Of a stretch of 64,000 nucleotides of DNA, positions 33,604 through 43,535 are shown piece after piece (positions within the stretch are counted from its first letter, which is position 1; every line of letters begins with the position of its first letter). The stretch lies in contig JAANOX010000029.1 in assembly GCA_020184695.1 (NCBI GenBank), positions 163,628-227,627 of the forward strand. The letters run 5' to 3'. The position numbers and the translations under genes are program-made. The notes under the pieces are model-generated. The model ran no database searches. It was not told where the DNA came from and was given only the letters and a program-made list of their open reading frames with translations. The stretch comes from Histomonas meleagridis 2922-C6/04-290x (lineage: Eukaryota > Protista > Parabasalia).

Positions 33604-35022
33604 TTATTTTGGTTTCTCTTCTAATTTTGGTAGTAATCTCATGATAGTTTTAACTATGAACTTTTTTGGATCTAAAATACAAATAATCGCTACAAAGAAA
33701 GCAATAACAGCCAAGTAAGCACTTGTCATATAAATAATCCCAGTGTATTTAAATATTTTCTTGTCTATTCTTACTTGGTACACTTTTGATGAAATGTTAT
33801 CTGAAATGAATTCATCTCTCATAACGTATTCGCCGATAGAATCCAGAGCGAACGTTAACGAATAACCGCTCGCATGAAATCTTGCTGAACCAGTTACTTG
33901 ACTAACCAAGTTTGCTGTTTTTTGCGCAAGGTTACATCTGTCATCATATTCTGTATTACCAAATGTTATTAATAAATCTGTATCTGATGATGCAAAAAAT
34001 TCTGGTTTATACATTTCTCTTCCTGCAATAAAACCTATTCTACCAAATTTTGTGTCAATAACAAGCATGTCCTTGAGACAAAGTCTCCAGAAAGTGAATT
34101 TATCTGCAGATTTGCTGAGATATCGAGTTATGACACTTTGATTAGGGAAAATAACCGAAACGGTTTTAAATGTATCAAAAAAGTTTGCAAAAGTTACGAT
34201 TGCTTGCGTTTTGGATGCAATGTTCTGGAGTTCGATTGTTTTGTTTTCATAAAGTGGTTTTGCAAAAACAATTATATCACTTTTTGGAAATGATGATTGA
34301 TTCATGAAATAATTAGAATCATAAACTGATGTTATATCTATGTAAGAAGGAGGGATATGTACATGTGTAAAGTATCTGCCAATGTGATATATAAGAAATA
34401 TTGGAATAATAATTTTGAATATTGTCCAATGAAGATTTTTAGGAACAAGATGACTGTTGTGATAGATTGAAACAAGAGAAACAATAAATCCAATGATAAA
34501 GGCAAGCCCTGCTGGCCCTAAAAAATGAAGTGGAATATATGTGATTTGTGGAGATGTGGAAGAAAATGTTGAAATATGTGTCATTATTCCAAGGGAATCG
34601 AAAATAGAGAGTAGCTCGCTACATCCTGCAAGTAAAAAAGGAAATAATAAATATGGTATTTTTGATGATAGTCCATATCGCCTAACAGCGATTTTATCTA
34701 AAACAATTACGGAAAAATATACCACCACTCTTAAAACATCTGAAAAAATATTACTTCGTGAACTTATTGGGGAAATTGATATGTATGCAGAAAGCCAGCA
34801 AGAAAATGTAAAAACACCCAAAAATGCAAAAAGCTGAAATTTTTTGAGGGTTCTTGTGTATTCTATAAGAGAAACAATCGTGAAAAAAGTTGTTAAAATT
34901 GATGAATGAACATTTGTTGCCAAGATAATAAAACAAGAAATTGAAAAAATACGAACTGCGTGAAAGAAAAAATTCCTATTTTTTGTTTCAGGACCAAATA
35001 AAATTAAGGAAAGAACATTCAT
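33604..35022 (-). CDS. multi-TM protein with degenerate nitrilase/CN-hydrolase domain (apolipoprotein N-acyltransferase-like topology)
   Basis: ~7 N-terminal TM (LGPAGLAFIIG), soluble domain SDIIVFAKP...GRIGFIAGREMYKPEF...DTDLLI, C-terminal TM. Confidence 0.5.
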   Translation of the reverse strand: MNVLSLILFGPETKNRNFFFHAVRIFSISCFIILATNVHSSILTTFFTIVSLIEYTRTLKKFQLFAFLGVFTFSCWLSAYISISPISSRSNIFSDVLRVVVYFSVIVLDKIAVRRYGLSSKIPYLLFPFLLAGCSELLSIFDSLGIMTHISTFSSTSPQITYIPLHFLGPAGLAFIIGFIVSLVSIYHNSHLVPKNLHWTIFKIIIPIFLIYHIGRYFTHVHIPPSYIDITSVYDSNYFMNQSSFPKSDIIVFAKPLYENKTIELQNIASKTQAIVTFANFFDTFKTVSVIFPNQSVITRYLSKSADKFTFWRLCLKDMLVIDTKFGRIGFIAGREMYKPEFFASSDTDLLITFGNTEYDDRCNLAQKTANLVSQVTGSARFHASGYSLTFALDSIGEYVMRDEFISDNISSKVYQVRIDKKIFKYTGIIYMTSAYLAVIAFFVAIICILDPKKFIVKTIMRLLPKLEEKPK

Positions 35023-35337
35023 TTTTGAGCACTTTTTAATAAAACATATTTGTGCACTTTTTTATGAGCAAAGCTTCAATGAGAATAATAGCGTGTGCGT
35101 TATGCTAAAATTAAAGTAGATGTAATAAATGTAAACAATAATATTAATGTTGACAAGAAAAAGTAAACTCCCTTTTGACTTCTTTTCGCTCGAAATACTA
35201 ATGAAGAATTTATGAACCACTTTATACTTAAGCAGCCCATATGTATGCCAATTGAATTTTTTTCATTTAGCTATTGTATGACGAAAAATTTCAATAATTG
35301 AACAATTTATTTTAATTTTATTAAATAACAACAAATT

Positions 35338-38300
35338 TTATTTATTCTCGTACACAATTCCCGTTTCTTCACCATATTTAATTTTAGTTTTCTTATGTTC
35401 ATTTTTAGTTGGTACCAATTCCTGATTTTCGCTTTGGAACTTTCTTCTTGCGATTTCCAATTCTTTTTTCTTTTCTTCTGATTCTTCTTCTTTGACTTCG
35501 ACCTTTTTAATTTTTTCGTTTTCATCTTTTTGTTTAGTTTGTTTTATCCAAACGTTCAAATTCGATTTTGCCATATCCACCAAAGGTTTCAACTTTGGGC
35601 AAAACGAATTAGTTAATTCGAGTAATGGGATACAAACACCAGTATAAAACCCTATTTGACTTTTAGCCTTATCCAAATGTTCTCTATCATTCATTGGCGA
35701 AGTATATTCCATTCCATTTGCCTTTTCTAATTCTCCTTGTCTAAAGAATTCCTCGCATAAAATATCACATAATCTATTAGCGACATCGAATTTTCGTGCA
35801 ACGTTTGATACGTCAGCACATTTTAAAAGTAATTGCATAAACATTAAACGACCTTCATCAGATTCCGTCCATTTATTTGCCTGAATTTTTTTAGCGTTTT
35901 CTAGTATGACGAAATGTTTTGCCATATCAGTAGCCAATATTAACGAAATAAACAAATTCCATATATAAGTTAAATCGGTATCAGACAAAGATTTAAAGAG
36001 ATTACATTCGTCTTTTGTTAAAATTGATATTGATACTGTACAATGATGTGTTTCCATAACACTATTGTTCTTAAATAAGATACCTAATGGCGTTTGAGCT
36101 TTAACATTATAAGAATTAGAAAAGCCATCATGATTAGCATCATGACATACAGCAGCTATTATCATTCCTAATATTTCTAATGACGTAAACACGTTTTCTA
36201 AATCAGTTGAATATAATTCATATGAAATAAATTGAGTTACATCAACTGCATGCATCCAATTATGATATGGAACTTGATTATACGATTCACGAATATTATA
36301 AATGAAATGATAAAATACTTCATTAGTGATATGATATATATCAAATAAATGAAAATGATCAAATAAATTAAACATAATCTTGACTAAGCCAATCCCATTA
36401 AAATTACAAATATCAAAGTTAATCGAATATAAATTCGACTTTTGTTCATCAGATAATATAAGCTTTTCAGGAATTCCTGATTCATTTCGTTCATTAGTAG
36501 TGATCCATGTTTGCATTTCAACTTCCATTGATCCAAGTTTAGCAATGTTTTTGAGTCTACTTCTTTCTAATGATATAGATAAGAAAACGGAATAACTTTC
36601 GAATAATTTTAAGTCATCAAATGTGAACTTTTGTAATGACTTTTTCCATTGCATCATAACACATCCCATTACTGCTCGATCAGATGAAACTATTGGAACC
36701 ATCATTAATGATTTTTCGGGTACTAAGTCATCGTTTTGTAAGATACTTTCTTTAGTAGAAATTACATTTTCGATTAATACTTTTCGTTCATTTTCTTCTT
36801 GGACTATTTCATCATCTAATTTTGGTACTTTCCCTTGAAGTAACTTTTGGATAATTGCTTTTTTAACTCCTAAGTTATCTTCTGATTCTTGTTGTAGTTT
36901 CTTTTGTTCTCGTTTGATTTTCGCTTCGATATCTTCATCAGTAACAAAAGGAGTAAAATTAATTCCATTGTTTTCGATCATAAACATTTGCGCTCGAACT
37001 GCACCGACAACTTTTCGAGTATTTTTCAGGATTTCTTCAATTAACTTTTTAATCGTTTGTGGCTGTGATAATGAATAAGAAATATCTAAAAATGAACGTA
37101 ATTGTAATGACAAATCAATTGACGCTCTATATAATCGTGCATTTTCAATCGAAATACCAGTGAATATATTAAATATTTTGATCATTCGTTCATCTTCTTC
37201 AGTAAATACTCCATCTAACTTATTAATCATTTCAACAACACCTGAAATTGCTCCTTTCTCATCAAATATTGGTACACATAACAATGTTAAAGTTCGATAA
37301 CCTGTTGCTAAGTCTGTCGCTCGATTAAATCGTGGATCTTGATAAGCATCTTGAATATTTAATATTTTTCCAGTGGTTGCTGTGTACCCAACAATACCTG
37401 CATGAATTGGGACTTCAATAGAGTTTGTTAAGCCGCCTTGAAAACTTGTTACAAGTTTATCACGCGTGTCATTGACCATAAATAATGAACAACGATCAGC
37501 GTTAACTAAGTCACAAGCTTTGTTCATAATGTTTGGGATTAATACGTCCATTTTAAGTTCTCCTGATAAACTTTCGGCAACTTCAAGTAACGCTGCAAGT
37601 CGCTTTTGCTTCTGTAATGAGTCTTTTAATAGTTGATGATTCTTTTCGATTAATATTGAACTATTTAACGATGCTATAACATATGGCGATATTTTTACAA
37701 GGATTTTCTCATCATGATCTGTAAAGAATTGTGGTATACGTTTGCCTCGTAAGACTATCGCATAACATCGTGGTGAATCTGGATCACGAATTGGCATTGC
37801 TAACACTGAATGTTCTCCATTCCCATCTATTTTTTGCTGATATGATGAATGGACTTTTTGCATTAAACATGAGATAGGTATTTGATTTCGTAATGAAAAC
37901 CCTGCAATGCCACTTTCACTGGACTCTATCGGAACGGCTTCCTTTGAATTTTGATCGTACTTCACAATTTTGTTAGTTTGTGTGTCAATTTCCCAAATTT
38001 CTGCACCCCTACAACCGAATAATCTTGTCAATTTTTCTGTCGTGGATTCAATGAATTTGCGAAGTCTGGAAGTTTGAACGATACTGGAAATGAAAACGTT
38101 ACTTACAACTGGTTGAAATAACCATCTTGAATAAGCTTTACATTTAGATTGGAAATATTCAACAAATTTTTCATCTTTTGATGTAAATGGCATTGAACTA
38201 GGACTTCTTATAACTTGAATTACTGCAACAACATTTTCATTAATATCAAATAATGGAAAACATAAAACTCGTGAATCAGGATGATAAAGATTCTTCTCTA

Positions 38301-38976
38301 ATAATGGCAAATATGCAATATGATTATGTGCGACATCAATATTTACAATTTTACGGGAAAATTGTGTGTATCCGACTATGCCTGATCCATGTGGACAACT
38401 TGCTGTAGTAGATGGACAATATAAAAGTTTAACAGATGATACGTCATGATAAAAGAGAACAGTTTCAGCAAGAAAATATACATTTAATGTTGATTCAATT
38501 AATCGTGGTAATGAAACTGTTGGTGATCCAATAACAATTTTATCAAAAAGTGCTTCCATTTGAAGATGTTCGGTAAGTTCTTTATTGGTGTTTGATAATT
38601 GTGGTAATGGATTTTCTTCTAAAAAATTCATATTTGTAATTTCCCGATTTGATGTGTTTTTTTGTGCTGACATTGGTTGATTATTGGTTTGAGGATCACG
38701 TGTAAGCATATATGTCTTTGAATTTTGGACAGGCTTTCCTTTTAATTTTTGGATTTTTTCAATTCTTTTGTTAGTAAGTTTCCGTGATAAATAAGGAGTA
38801 AATTGATCAACTGGCTGTGGTGGTGGATTCGTATCATTGTAAACTGGTACAAGTGGATGTGCTTCTGTGATTACAATTGATGTTATTGGTTTTAAAGCAA
38901 GAAGATCTTTGACAAGTGATTTATCTTTTTCGCCTTTATGATTTAATTTTTGTAAAATTTTGAAATTAGAAGTCAT
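35338..38976 (-). CDS. class I cyclic-nucleotide phosphodiesterase with multiple GAF domains
   Basis: GAF motifs (ADRCSLFMV, GIVGY, DPRFNRATDLATGYRT, NKLDGVFTEED) and PDE motifs YHNWMHAVDV, HDANHDG, LILATDM, KCADVSN, EEFFRQGE, SQIGF. Confidence 0.95.
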   Translation of the reverse strand: MTSNFKILQKLNHKGEKDKSLVKDLLALKPITSIVITEAHPLVPVYNDTNPPPQPVDQFTPYLSRKLTNKRIEKIQKLKGKPVQNSKTYMLTRDPQTNNQPMSAQKNTSNREITNMNFLEENPLPQLSNTNKELTEHLQMEALFDKIVIGSPTVSLPRLIESTLNVYFLAETVLFYHDVSSVKLLYCPSTTASCPHGSGIVGYTQFSRKIVNIDVAHNHIAYLPLLEKNLYHPDSRVLCFPLFDINENVVAVIQVIRSPSSMPFTSKDEKFVEYFQSKCKAYSRWLFQPVVSNVFISSIVQTSRLRKFIESTTEKLTRLFGCRGAEIWEIDTQTNKIVKYDQNSKEAVPIESSESGIAGFSLRNQIPISCLMQKVHSSYQQKIDGNGEHSVLAMPIRDPDSPRCYAIVLRGKRIPQFFTDHDEKILVKISPYVIASLNSSILIEKNHQLLKDSLQKQKRLAALLEVAESLSGELKMDVLIPNIMNKACDLVNADRCSLFMVNDTRDKLVTSFQGGLTNSIEVPIHAGIVGYTATTGKILNIQDAYQDPRFNRATDLATGYRTLTLLCVPIFDEKGAISGVVEMINKLDGVFTEEDERMIKIFNIFTGISIENARLYRASIDLSLQLRSFLDISYSLSQPQTIKKLIEEILKNTRKVVGAVRAQMFMIENNGINFTPFVTDEDIEAKIKREQKKLQQESEDNLGVKKAIIQKLLQGKVPKLDDEIVQEENERKVLIENVISTKESILQNDDLVPEKSLMMVPIVSSDRAVMGCVMMQWKKSLQKFTFDDLKLFESYSVFLSISLERSRLKNIAKLGSMEVEMQTWITTNERNESGIPEKLILSDEQKSNLYSINFDICNFNGIGLVKIMFNLFDHFHLFDIYHITNEVFYHFIYNIRESYNQVPYHNWMHAVDVTQFISYELYSTDLENVFTSLEILGMIIAAVCHDANHDGFSNSYNVKAQTPLGILFKNNSVMETHHCTVSISILTKDECNLFKSLSDTDLTYIWNLFISLILATDMAKHFVILENAKKIQANKWTESDEGRLMFMQLLLKCADVSNVARKFDVANRLCDILCEEFFRQGELEKANGMEYTSPMNDREHLDKAKSQIGFYTGVCIPLLELTNSFCPKLKPLVDMAKSNLNVWIKQTKQKDENEKIKKVEVKEEESEEKKKELEIARRKFQSENQELVPTKNEHKKTKIKYGEETGIVYENK

Positions 38977-39159
38977 GATTTTAGATAAAGCGAAGATTGA
39001 TAACGGTTAATACGTTTGTTAACGTAAATTAACAAATGTAATCAAAAGTGCTCGCCGTTAATGTAACGTTCTCAATGTCGCGTTGTGGTAAAATCTTGAT
39101 TTTAAAATTTTCAATGGCAATTTTTTTTGGTCAAATGTCGGGGTGGCCCTGATTTACAT

Positions 39160-42100
39160 ATGGTTTTTTACTTGCTGTTTTTGTGCCATGCAATGGCGGA
39201 AATAGAAAAAGTAAGCGAACCAAAGCTTGAAAATATTGTTTCTCGTTTCATACATATCTCGAATTCAATCAAAGAATCTGCTAAAAAAATTTCAGAAAAA
39301 CTTTCATTCGAAATCATATTTCCTTTTGATCTCCCTAATAATACAAACCAAACAATGCCTTCTGTTTCTAGTATTAATGAAAACATAAGTGAAACTAAAA
39401 TAAATAATGATGATAATCAAATGGAAAATATGGAAGAACAAAATCAAAATGATACAAACATAGATGAAATTAATAAGCCAGGTATTGTAATTATTTCCTC
39501 ATTCTATGAACAGGAAAAACAAATAAATGCAGATAATAATCAAATTTCAAACGAGAAAGAAACAAATCAAGCTAAGATTCAAGAAATAAAAAATGCGGCA
39601 ATAGAAAATATTCAAAATGAATCATTAATTGCCAATATGTCAGAAGAAATAATTAATGAAAATCCAAATGAAACCATGGAAATGAACTATACGCATTTGG
39701 AGAATGAATTAGTGAACCAAACAATGATAAGTGAACCAAATGAAAGCGAAAATATAACATTTAATGTTAAAGAAGAAAATAATTACACAATTTTAGTCGA
39801 AGAAACAATCGACAATTCAATAAATGAAACAGAAGAAAACAATAATACTCTTTTAAATGAAATAATAGAAGAAGAAAACAATACTCTTTCAATCGAAGAA
39901 GAAAATAATTACACAATTTTAGTCGAAGAAACAATCGACAATCCAATAGATGAAACAGAAGAAAACAATAATACTCTTTTAACTGAAGAAATAGAAGAAG
40001 AAAACAATACTCTTTCAATCGAAGAAGATAATAATCACACTCTTTTAGAAGAAACAAACAATACTCTTATGACGAATGAAACAGAAGAAAACAATAATAC
40101 TTTTTTAACTGAAGAAATAGAAGAAGAAAACAATACTCTTTCAATCGAAGAAGATAATAATCACACTCTTTTAGAAGAAACAAACAATACTCTTATGACG
40201 AATGAAACAGAAGAAAACAATAATACTTTTTTAACTGAAGAAATAGAAGAAGAAAATAATACTCTTTCGAAACAAGAAGACAATTGCGCTCTTTTAATTG
40301 AAGAAACAGAAAATGAAACTCTTTCAATAGAAGAAGAAAGTAATCACACTCTTATAGTAGAAACAAATAATACTCTTATGACGAATGAAACAGAAGAAAA
40401 CAATTTCACGCCTTTAGTAGAAATAAATAAAACTCTTTTGATTGAAAAAGAAAGTAATAATACTCTCTCAACTACAGAAGAAGAAAGCAATTTCACACCT
40501 TTAGTAGAAGAAACAGAAAATGCACCAGAAACTAATAAAACTCTTACGACTGAAGAAAGCAACACCACTCTTTTTATAACGGGAAATAATACACTTTCAA
40601 GCAAAACAGAAACTAATTATACTCTTACGACTGAAGAACGCAACAAAACTCTTTTTATAGATGAAAATGACACAGTTTCAACAGATAAATTTGAAGAAAC
40701 TAATGATACTCTTTTGATTGATGAAGAAAATGATAATAAAAATACTCTTTTAATGGAAGAAACCAGCAACACTCTTTTAAATGATGAAAACAATTCCACT
40801 CTTTCTGTAGATGAAAACAACACAGTTTCAACAAATAGAACAGAAGAAGACAATAATACTCTTTCGATTGAAGAAGGAAATGATAATTATATTGTTCCAA
40901 TAGATGAAAATACTCTTTTGGTTGAAGAACATAATTGTACTCTTTTTGTAGATGAGAACGACACACATTCAGATAAATTTGCAGAAACTAAAAATAATTT
41001 TTTGATTGAAGAAGCAAATAATGAAACAGTTTCGACAAAAGAAAACGAAACTCTCATAGAAAGTAAAACAGAAGAACATAACAATATTCTTTTAACAGAT
41101 AAATTCGAAGGAAATGATTCCACTTTAATAGAAGAAGAAAATAATAAAATAATTTTAAATCAAGAAAATAACGATACGCTTTTAATAGAAGAAACAAAAG
41201 AAGAAAATAATACTCTGTCAGCATATATCAAGAATACTCTTTCTAAAGATGAAACAGAAGAAAATAAAATGCATTTAATGTATAGCAATGAAACTCTTTC
41301 AATTAATAAAACAGAAGAAGATGACAGTGCTATCTTAATAGAACAAGATGATGCGCATTTGTGCGATACAATAAATAACTCTCTTTCAATAGAAGAAAAC
41401 GATATCACACTAACAGAAGAAAATAAATACTCTCTTTTAGTGGAAGACAATAAAACTCTTTTAACAGATAAAACTGAAGAAAATGATATACATTTAATAG
41501 AAAATGAAAATAATTCTCTTTCTACAGAAGAAACTGAAGAAAATGATTCATATTTAATAAAAGATGAAAATAATACTCTTTCAATAAAAGAAAATGATAT
41601 CACACTAACAGAAGAAAATAATTACTCTCTTTTAGTGGAAGACAATAAAAGTCTTTTAACAGATAAAACAGAAGAAAATAATTACTCTCTTTTAACAGAT
41701 AAAACAAACGAAAACGACAATGTTTATATAATAGAAGAAAACAACCACAGTATTTTACCAGAAGACGAACAAATTCTCTCAAAAGATAACACTGAAGAAG
41801 TTGATCTAAATAATACAAATAAAGAAATAACAGAAGAACAAACAGTAAACAATGAAACAATGGCACAAACATATGAAAATGTTCAACTAATATTAAATAA
41901 AGAAGCAGAAGAACTCGAAACTTGTAATGAAATAACAGAAGAAATCAAAGAAACACAAACAGATGCAAATGAAGAAATACAAATAGAAAATTCATTTGAA
42001 GCGCAAACAAATGAAGAACTTGAAACAAAACGAAATGAGGAAAAGCAGACAGATGAAAATGAAGAAATTAAAGCAGACATAAATGAAGAAGTACAAACAA

Positions 42101-43032
42101 ATGCATTTGAAAAAACTAAAACAGATCAAATCGAAGAAACACAAACAGATATAAGTAAGGAAGTACAAGCAGATGCAAATGGTGATTTGCAAGCAGAAAT
42201 TACATTGGAAGAAACTCAAGAAGATAACAAAGCAGAAGAAGCAGATGAAATTAATCAATCACAAGCAGAAATTTCACAAGAAGAAATTTCTACAGATGCC
42301 AAAGCTGACACAGAAGAAACAGATGAAATTAATCAGTCACAAACGCAATTTCAGATAGATACAAACGAAGCGCCAGCCGAAAGCTCATCCACCGAAGAGT
42401 CCGAAGCCATATCCGTGTACCGCTTTCCGGAGACTCTGAGTTTCCAAGTCGCGTCTCATCCGCACCTCATTGACGCCGCGCACTTCCGCAGCGTAAGCGC
42501 AACAGATCAAATTCGACTTCTCAAAGATATTCTTCACTCCGAAATTTCGATATTCGAAAACATGCAAAAAATGTTTAATATTACGAATTATCAATACGAA
42601 CTCCCTCTAATTCTAAAGACCATCCGCACTAAGGCATCACGCAGACGCATTCACAGAAGCATCAAAACAATGCCAAAGTTCTTTCCGCAGTTTAAAGATT
42701 CGCCAATTCCAAAAGATTTCAACAATTTATGGTACTTAGATAACATTAAAGGAAGGCTTCGTTTTAACAACGGAAATAATTTTTATAACGTTTCGAAAAT
42801 CGTTTTCCAGAAAACTGTTATCCAATCGTGTTTACTTAAAAAGTTTTCTGTTTCAGCAAAATTGGAAAATGATGTGACGAAAACGATAGCGGAATTTTCA
42901 ATGGGAGACGATCAATATGAATTCAATCTCCCGGATGTTGTTCGCTTGAGAACAATATATATTAACATATTAGATAACTTCGGAAATGAAACAGGAAGTT
43001 GTGTGCCTGATGTTGTATTTTACGGTAATTGA
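39160..43032 (+). CDS. secreted/membrane protein with ~1000-aa acidic E/N/T repeat region and C-terminal SUN-like beta domain
   Basis: Signal-like MVFYLLFLCHAMA; EENNxT repeats; C-terminus ILDNFGNETGSCVPDVVFYG resembles SUN-domain end (SNWG...TC...VHG). Confidence 0.6.
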   Translation: MVFYLLFLCHAMAEIEKVSEPKLENIVSRFIHISNSIKESAKKISEKLSFEIIFPFDLPNNTNQTMPSVSSINENISETKINNDDNQMENMEEQNQNDTNIDEINKPGIVIISSFYEQEKQINADNNQISNEKETNQAKIQEIKNAAIENIQNESLIANMSEEIINENPNETMEMNYTHLENELVNQTMISEPNESENITFNVKEENNYTILVEETIDNSINETEENNNTLLNEIIEEENNTLSIEEENNYTILVEETIDNPIDETEENNNTLLTEEIEEENNTLSIEEDNNHTLLEETNNTLMTNETEENNNTFLTEEIEEENNTLSIEEDNNHTLLEETNNTLMTNETEENNNTFLTEEIEEENNTLSKQEDNCALLIEETENETLSIEEESNHTLIVETNNTLMTNETEENNFTPLVEINKTLLIEKESNNTLSTTEEESNFTPLVEETENAPETNKTLTTEESNTTLFITGNNTLSSKTETNYTLTTEERNKTLFIDENDTVSTDKFEETNDTLLIDEENDNKNTLLMEETSNTLLNDENNSTLSVDENNTVSTNRTEEDNNTLSIEEGNDNYIVPIDENTLLVEEHNCTLFVDENDTHSDKFAETKNNFLIEEANNETVSTKENETLIESKTEEHNNILLTDKFEGNDSTLIEEENNKIILNQENNDTLLIEETKEENNTLSAYIKNTLSKDETEENKMHLMYSNETLSINKTEEDDSAILIEQDDAHLCDTINNSLSIEENDITLTEENKYSLLVEDNKTLLTDKTEENDIHLIENENNSLSTEETEENDSYLIKDENNTLSIKENDITLTEENNYSLLVEDNKSLLTDKTEENNYSLLTDKTNENDNVYIIEENNHSILPEDEQILSKDNTEEVDLNNTNKEITEEQTVNNETMAQTYENVQLILNKEAEELETCNEITEEIKETQTDANEEIQIENSFEAQTNEELETKRNEEKQTDENEEIKADINEEVQTNAFEKTKTDQIEETQTDISKEVQADANGDLQAEITLEETQEDNKAEEADEINQSQAEISQEEISTDAKADTEETDEINQSQTQFQIDTNEAPAESSSTEESEAISVYRFPETLSFQVASHPHLIDAAHFRSVSATDQIRLLKDILHSEISIFENMQKMFNITNYQYELPLILKTIRTKASRRRIHRSIKTMPKFFPQFKDSPIPKDFNNLWYLDNIKGRLRFNNGNNFYNVSKIVFQKTVIQSCLLKKFSVSAKLENDVTKTIAEFSMGDDQYEFNLPDVVRLRTIYINILDNFGNETGSCVPDVVFYGN
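39770..41760 (+). repeat. intragenic degenerate tandem repeats (GAAGAAAACAATACTCTT family)
   Basis: Repeated EEENNTL / ETEENNNT units, including a near-perfect ~126-nt duplication (about 39955-40080 vs 40081-40206). Confidence 0.85.
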
Positions 43033-43535
43033 ATAAAATTGTTGTTAATTTTAGATGTTTTTAATCAATTATCTTGGAAAGTTAGAGCAAATATATATGA
43101 GAAATAAAACACCAACAGATGCATGTGCATCGAATTGAATGACGCAAAATAAGAAAAATATATTGTCAAATTTAAAATTACAAAATATGAAAAAATATTG
43201 TACATATTGTTGTTTGTTTATGATAAGTTTTATATTGCAATGTAAATGTGACGAGTACACATTGATTAGTAGAAAATTTGGGTAAAAAATGTTGGTTGGC
43301 TTTCTATAGCACTTTGAATATAAATCCGATAATTTTTAATTCATTCGATTCTATCGTTGAGATTTTTCAGATGGATGTAAGCGACTTTTTTCCATTTAAC
43401 GGTCACTTGGAACAAAATTAAGTAACTATAATTTTGTAAAACAGTCAAAAAAATTATTGCGGGTTGAACCACACAATTTTCAAAGCTTAACTCCAATTCG
43501 ATTTGAAAAATTCCCAACATCCATTCAAAACTCAA

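Noticed and set aside
39168-42594. Numerous minus-strand F/L/S/V-rich ORFs
   Set aside because: Antisense shadows of the E/N/T repeat protein with no independent coding signal; the same applies to most short overlapping ORFs elsewhere in the track.
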